Positions 58,033 through 64,000 of a DNA stretch of 64,000 nt are shown here, one piece after another. Each line of letters starts with the position of its first letter. Within the stretch, counting starts at the first letter, position 1. Below the pieces are notes generated by a model. The model had not been told where the DNA came from, searched no databases, and saw only the letters and a list, made by a program, of their open reading frames with translations. Origin of the DNA: the human T2T-CHM13v2.0 reference genome, Homo sapiens; NCBI RefSeq assembly GCF_009914755.1, contig NC_060929.1; one strand, 5' to 3'. A program made the translations under genes and the position numbers.

Positions 58033-59303
58033 AATAGCTAAACTAGCTTATAGTAGAATTTTTACTCTTTATTTCAAAGATTTTTCTCGTAGCTGTATGA
58101 TAGATGTCATCTCTGAAGTGCCCTGGTCCCATAAACATAAACTCTGTAACCTCCTGAACTATGGAGGAGAATGCTTAAGTCAATAGAACAGAGATTACTG
58201 GAATCAAAATCCACCATGTGAAGTCAAGGAAAAAACAATCTTAACACTCAAAAGTTGGTTACAAAACAAATCAATCAATTTCAAACTGGCCCCATTTGTG
58301 GAAAGCTCCTCTTTAGTTTGTAATATACCAGTGAAAATGCCATCCTACTTAAGTATCTTAAATCTACCATGTAGTTTCTAATAAGGAAGACGGTGAGAGT
58401 GAATCTGCTAAGATGTACACAGACAAAAAAACTAATTAACAGAGTTATAAGAGATAGCACTACAATAAAGCACCATGTTGTCAATCATATTGCCATGCTT
58501 CCTTCTCTGCATATTCTGATACAGTCTTAAAACTGAGCGGCCCTTAAAAGGACAAGTGTTAAAGACACATTTGTGTAGAGACAGGAAAGAAGAGCTGCCA
58601 ATATTTGTGGTTTCAAGAACCAGTTATAGGTCAAGAACAAATGGAAGGTCAAAACATATTTCTTTTGATTGCCTTTCATAGGTTTCAGCAAATGTTTTTT
58701 GTCTGAGAAAATAAATGTCGAACACATTTAAATATCACTTCCTAGATCTTAAAAGATGAAGTGTGCAAACACATTCAAGAACACCTATCTTTTAAGAACA
58801 TATGGACTGCTGCTTACTTAACATTAATGACTGATTACTCAAAAACTGGTGCATAGATCAAATTTTGCTAGGGCTTAAGCGTCTGGTTCATAGATTTGGC
58901 CAGTAGAATCAAACAGTCGTTCATTTCAGAAATTGATTTATTCATTAGAAAAAGACAAAAGATAGTCTGGCAGTCAGAGGTAACTTTGGATATTAACAGT
59001 TTTTTTTAATTTTCAAGTGTATATTCATGAATCTCTTTTCAAAGAAAATCAAAATTACTCAGTTAATACAGACTGAACCTCAATCAGCCCAATGATCCCA
59101 AGAGATAAGTCTCAAAAAAAGCAGGTTTTTAAATCCTGTTGGAGTTCTAGCATAAATAAACTGCCCACTACAAATTGAACACACAGCATTTGCCTATAGT
59201 TTGCTGCTTTTAGAGATTGCTAGCATGTTGAAGAATAATTATTACATTGGTAACAACTAGCAAGTATCTTCTGCTATCTTAAAACCCGGGATTCTAGTTT
59301 GAC

Positions 59304-59428
59304 TCCATCTCTTCTTCCTTTTATCCTTCACTTTCTCCCTTCCTTCCTGCCTTCTCCCCTCCGCTCCTTCTCCCCTCCCCTGCTCTCCTCTCCCTTCCCC
59401 TTCTCTTCCCTTCCCTTTCCTTTCTTCT
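59304..59428. repeat. CT-rich polypyrimidine low-complexity tract
   Basis: ~125 bp almost entirely C/T. Confidence 0.9.
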
Positions 59429-60319
59429 AGGAAAGTGGAAATGTATCAAATGAGAACATCTGATGTTAGAAAGCAAAGGAAAATAGACATTCAAATTGCT
59501 AATTGGTACCTGCTAATATCACTTATGTTGTTAAATAACTATTGAGCAATTGTATTATTATTTTTAAGGTATAATATTGGGCCAAGTAAGTTTGGTGGTC
59601 TGTCAATTAAATATATATTTGGATCATCACTTACAGGCATGAGTTTACTTAAATATTTTAACTAAATAGTCCCCATGATTCCAGTCAACTAATAAAGATT
59701 AGAACACTGTGTACAACATGCTTCCAAAAATGTAGGGCCCTTCTTATTTACTTCTGATAAGATACTCACTAAATCTCTAAACATTGCCTCTCAGTTTATG
59801 AATATTTCTATGTTCCTGTCAAAACAAAACCTACATTACTGTGTGTATAAGGAGGAGAACAGCAACAAGAGTACACAGAAATGATTGGATTTTGGAGTCT
59901 GTAATTATTTTCTTTCCTCACTCCATTCCCCACTGTCCCCGACCAGAGCCAATATACTTAAAAGCACATTGTTTGCTCTTTATTTACCACTTAAGTCCAA
60001 CTAGCTTTCTCTGCCTCAGAACCAGTGCTTTCTGGAAAATACAAGAACTGGGTACCCAATCATTTTGTCTAAGCTCTGTGAAAAGAATTACTGAAGAGGT
60101 CCAGATACAATGGCCAAACTTTAGCAGTATCTCTTAGACAAAGCTGTGCCCAATCATCAGTGGTTCCAGAAAATCACTGCTTCTTTTACCATCTTTACTG
60201 CGTTGCCATTAGTGCCTAAAGTGATGCAATAATAAAAAGCAGCCAATCACAACTGCTATAATGAACTATTTTTAAAATGGGGAGAAGATCACTAAATATC
60301 CTCCAATAATTATCTTCTC

Positions 60320-60715
60320 TGAACTCCACAGTAATACAGTTGTTTCTGGGAAGGCACTGCCTAGACAGAGATGATAGTTCCCAGCTGATCTTACAGCTTG
60401 GTATAGAGATACCAACAGTTTCCACACTGGAATGGAAGCATAAATGGCTTGCACCACTTCCAAGATAGAACCTCAATAAAAAGAGGTTGTACCTCCTCAA
60501 CATGCTGTTTTCTACCTAGAATGTTGATGAGAAGAGTGACACTGGAAGGAAATCTGCTGAAGATGGCAGAGCCACTTTCAGTTTGAGTCCCTTAATGACT
60601 AAGGAGAGCAGTGCCACCTGTCACAACACAATGAATTATTGCATGAAAGAGAGATGAACTTTCAGTCACTGAATGTTCAGGCCCTTTCTTGTTATAATGA
60701 GTAGAATTGTGTTTG
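60320..60715 (+). mobile_element. Old MLT1 LTR
   Basis: ttcccagctgatcttacagcttgg...gaagatggcagagccac...gagtcccttaatgact. Confidence 0.55.
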
Positions 60716-60992
60716 CCAAAACTGCAAGAAAGTAAATAGTTAAAAGGAATTTAAGAACACTGACCACCAAACGCTTGCAAGGATGTAGAGCAACAGGATC
60801 TCTCATCATTGCTGGTGGGAATGCAAAATGGTACAGCCAGTTTGAAAAACAAATTATTATAAAGCTTAACACATTCTTATATGATCTAGCAGTTTTACTC
60901 ACTGGTATTTACAAAAATGAATTGAAAACTTATTTCATACAAAAACTGGAACACAGATGATTACAGAAATTTTATTCATAATTGTCAAATTT

Positions 60993-61091
60993 GGAAGCAA
61001 CCATATTTGCTTCCAAAATAGGAAGCAACCATATTTGCTTCCAAAATAGGAAGCAACCATATTTGCTTCCAAAATAGGAAGCAAATTTGGT
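60993..61091. repeat. 28 bp x3 perfect tandem repeat with internal hairpin
   Basis: ggaagcaaccatatttgcttccaaaata at 60993, 61021 and 61049, plus a partial inverted unit. Confidence 0.97.
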
Positions 61092-61219
61092 AGGTGAATG
61101 GATAAATAAACTGTAGTAAATCCAATAACCTACTAAAACACATCCTGGTTGCTCCCAGTATGTACTGTAATGCATCTATTCAATGAAATATTATTCAGCA
61201 ATAAGAAATGAGCTGTCAT

Positions 61220-63146
61220 CTAGCTGAGAAAGAAGTCAAGAAAGCAACCCCATTTACAGTAGCTACAAAAATAAAAATAATAAAAATAAAATATTTAGAA
61301 ATAAATTTAGTCAAGGAAGTGAAAGACTACAGGAAAACTACAAAACACCCATGAAAGAAATTGAAGAACACACTAACAAATGGAAAGACATTCCATGCTC
61401 ATGAATCAGAAGAATTAATATTGTTAAAATGACCATACTGCCCCAAACCATCTACAGATTTAATGCAATAGCTATATGCAGAATGAAACTAGACCCCTCT
61501 ATCTCACCATATATAAAAATCTAATCAAGATAGATTAAAGACTTAAATAAAACTGGAACTATAAAACTACCAGAAGAAAACATTTCAGGGCATTGATCTA
61601 GCCAAATCTAGGCAAAGATTTTGTACATAAGACCTGGAAAGCACAGGCAACAAAACCAAAAATAGACAAATAGGACTATATTAAACCCAAAAGCTCCTGC
61701 AGAGCAAAGGAAATAACAGAGTGAAGGGACAACCTGTTGAATAGGAGAAAATATTTGCCAACTGTTCATCTGACAAGGGACTAACATCCAGAATATACAA
61801 AGAACTGAAACAACTCAACAGTAAAATAAAAACAAATCGCATCAAAAAGGAGGCAAAGGACATGGATATTTTTCAAAAGAAGACATAAAAATAGCCAAAA
61901 ATATATTTGAAATACTCAACATTACTAATCATCAGGAAAATGCAAATCCAAATCATAATGAAATATTTTTTACCCCAGTTAAAAATACTATTATGAAAAA
62001 TAAATAACATTCTGGTGAAGGTTTGAAGAAAAGGAAACTTATATGCTGTTGGTGGGAATGAGAATTAGTATAGTCACTGTGGAAAACAGTAAGGAAATTT
62101 CTCAAACAACTAAAACTAGAACTATATGATCCAGCAGTCTCACTCTTGAATATCCAAAGGAGAATAATATATCAGTATAGCAAAGGGATGCCTGGACTCC
62201 TATGTTTATTGCAATACTATTCACAATAGCCAAGACATGGAATCAACCTAAGTTTCCATCAACAGACAAATGGATAAAAAAATGTGCTATGTATACAAAA
62301 TGGAATATTATTCAGTCACAAAAAAGAATAAAATTACTATTGATGGTGGCTCATGCCTGTGATCCCAGCACTTTGCAAAAACAAGGCAGGAGGATCACTT
62401 GGGGTTGGGAATTTGAATGCAGCCTGGGCAACACAGTAAGACCTCATCTCTACTAAAATTTTTTTTAAAAATTAGCTGGGCCTGGTGACACCATCCCTGG
62501 AGTTCCAGCTACTCATGAGCTAAGGCAAGAGGAGCCCAGGAGTTCAAGTCCTTGAGTTCGAGGCTGCAGTGAGCTGTGATTGTGCCATTGCACTCCAGTC
62601 TGGGCAAAAGTGAGAACTTGTCTAAAAAAAAAAAAAGGATGAAATCATATAATTTGCAGCAACATGGATGGAACTGGAGGACAGTATGTTAAGTGAAATA
62701 AGTCAGGCCAGAAAAAACATATTGCATGTTCTCATTCATATGTGGTAGCTAAAATGATTGATCTTATAGGGGTAGTAAATAGAATGATAGATAACAGAGG
62801 CTGGGAAGAGCATGTGGGTAAGGAAGAGGCATAAAAAAAGATTGGTTAGTGGGTACAAACATACAGTTAGAAGGAATGAGTTCTAAAGTTCAAAAGCAGA
62901 TTAGGGTGACTATAGTTAACAATGTAATGTATATCTTCAGATAGAAGAGAGGATGTGAAATGATCCCAACACACAGAAATGATACGTATGTATGGTGATA
63001 AGACACCCCAAACACCCTAATTTGATTGTTATATGGTCTCTGCATATAACAAAACATGTATGTTCCATAAATATTTACAAATATTTATATCAATAATAAG
63101 TAAAAATAATGATTCAGAAAAACTCCCTCCACTCACACACACAATG
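61220..63146 (+). mobile_element. Nested 5'-truncated L1MA-like element
   Basis: ORF2 remnant (FIAILFTIAKTWNQPKFPSTDKWIKK) and L1MA 3'UTR; internal deletion near 61470. Confidence 0.9.
62340..62636 (+). mobile_element. AluJ-like inside the nested L1
   Basis: ggcaggaggatcacttg...gagttcgaggctgcagtgagctgtgattgtgcc; TSD-like aaaaagaataaaat / aaaaaggatgaaat. Confidence 0.92.
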
Positions 63147-63646
63147 AAGAAAATGAGCTATCATGCCACAAAAGGACACGAAAGAACTAAAATGCATATT
63201 GCTAAGCGAAAGAAGGAAAGGATACATTACTATGGGATTCCAACTATATGGCATCTTGGAAAAGACAAAACTTATAGAGACTATTAAAAAGTCAGTGTTT
63301 GCTAGGGGTTCCAGGTGAGGGAGGAAGGAATGAATAGGTAGAGACAGTGGTTATTTAGGCAGTAAAACTATTCTGTAAGAAACTAGAGTAGTGGATATAT
63401 GTCATTACACACTTGTAAAAATCCATAAAACTATACCACAAAAAGTGGATCCTAATTAAAAAAAAAACATGGACTTTAGTTGATAAAAATGCAACAGTGA
63501 TAGTTCAAGAGTTGTAAGAAATGGACCTTACTAATACGAGATGTAAATAACAGGAAAGTGCATGTGTGGTAGAAGAGCTAGGGTATGGGGGATTCTCTGT
63601 ACTTTCTGCTGAATTTTCCTATAAATCCGTAACTACTCTAAAATAA

Positions 63647-63953
<307 letters not shown>

Positions 63954-64000
63954 AATTTCTTTTAAAATTTATGTTTGCTTTCATCTGTAACCACACACAC

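Noticed and set aside
58240-58290. LRR-like LKLIDLFCNQL on the minus strand
   Set aside because: A single match in a stop-interrupted frame; not enough to assign a family
60993-61091. CRISPR-like array (28 bp palindromic repeats)
   Set aside because: Units are directly adjacent with no spacers, there are no cas genes, and the array is embedded in a primate L1

Overview
AT-rich, CpG-poor primate genomic DNA. AluJ, AluS and AluY elements are all present, which points to human or another catarrhine. It looks intergenic or intronic. Much of the window is interspersed repeat: about 14 Alus, several nested and decayed L1s, a complete LTR-internal-LTR MSTA element, old ERVL/MaLR LTRs, L2, MIR, MER5 and microsatellites. 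I found no intact protein-coding gene, RNA gene, CpG island or CRISPR array, and the listed ORFs are mostly repeat-derived or chance. The best-supported unusual structures are local rearrangements: a ~300 bp inverted copy flanked by a ~60 bp direct repeat (37.5-39.4 kb), a perfect 177 bp tandem duplication inside MSTA, and a triplicated 28 bp hairpin unit inside an L1. A more speculative signal is a chain of splice-site-bounded segments on the minus strand (37-59 kb) that could be a decayed multi-exon gene or lncRNA; I could not assign it to a family. Repeat subfamilies were called by eye from remembered consensus sequences, and the boundaries of old repeats are approximate.
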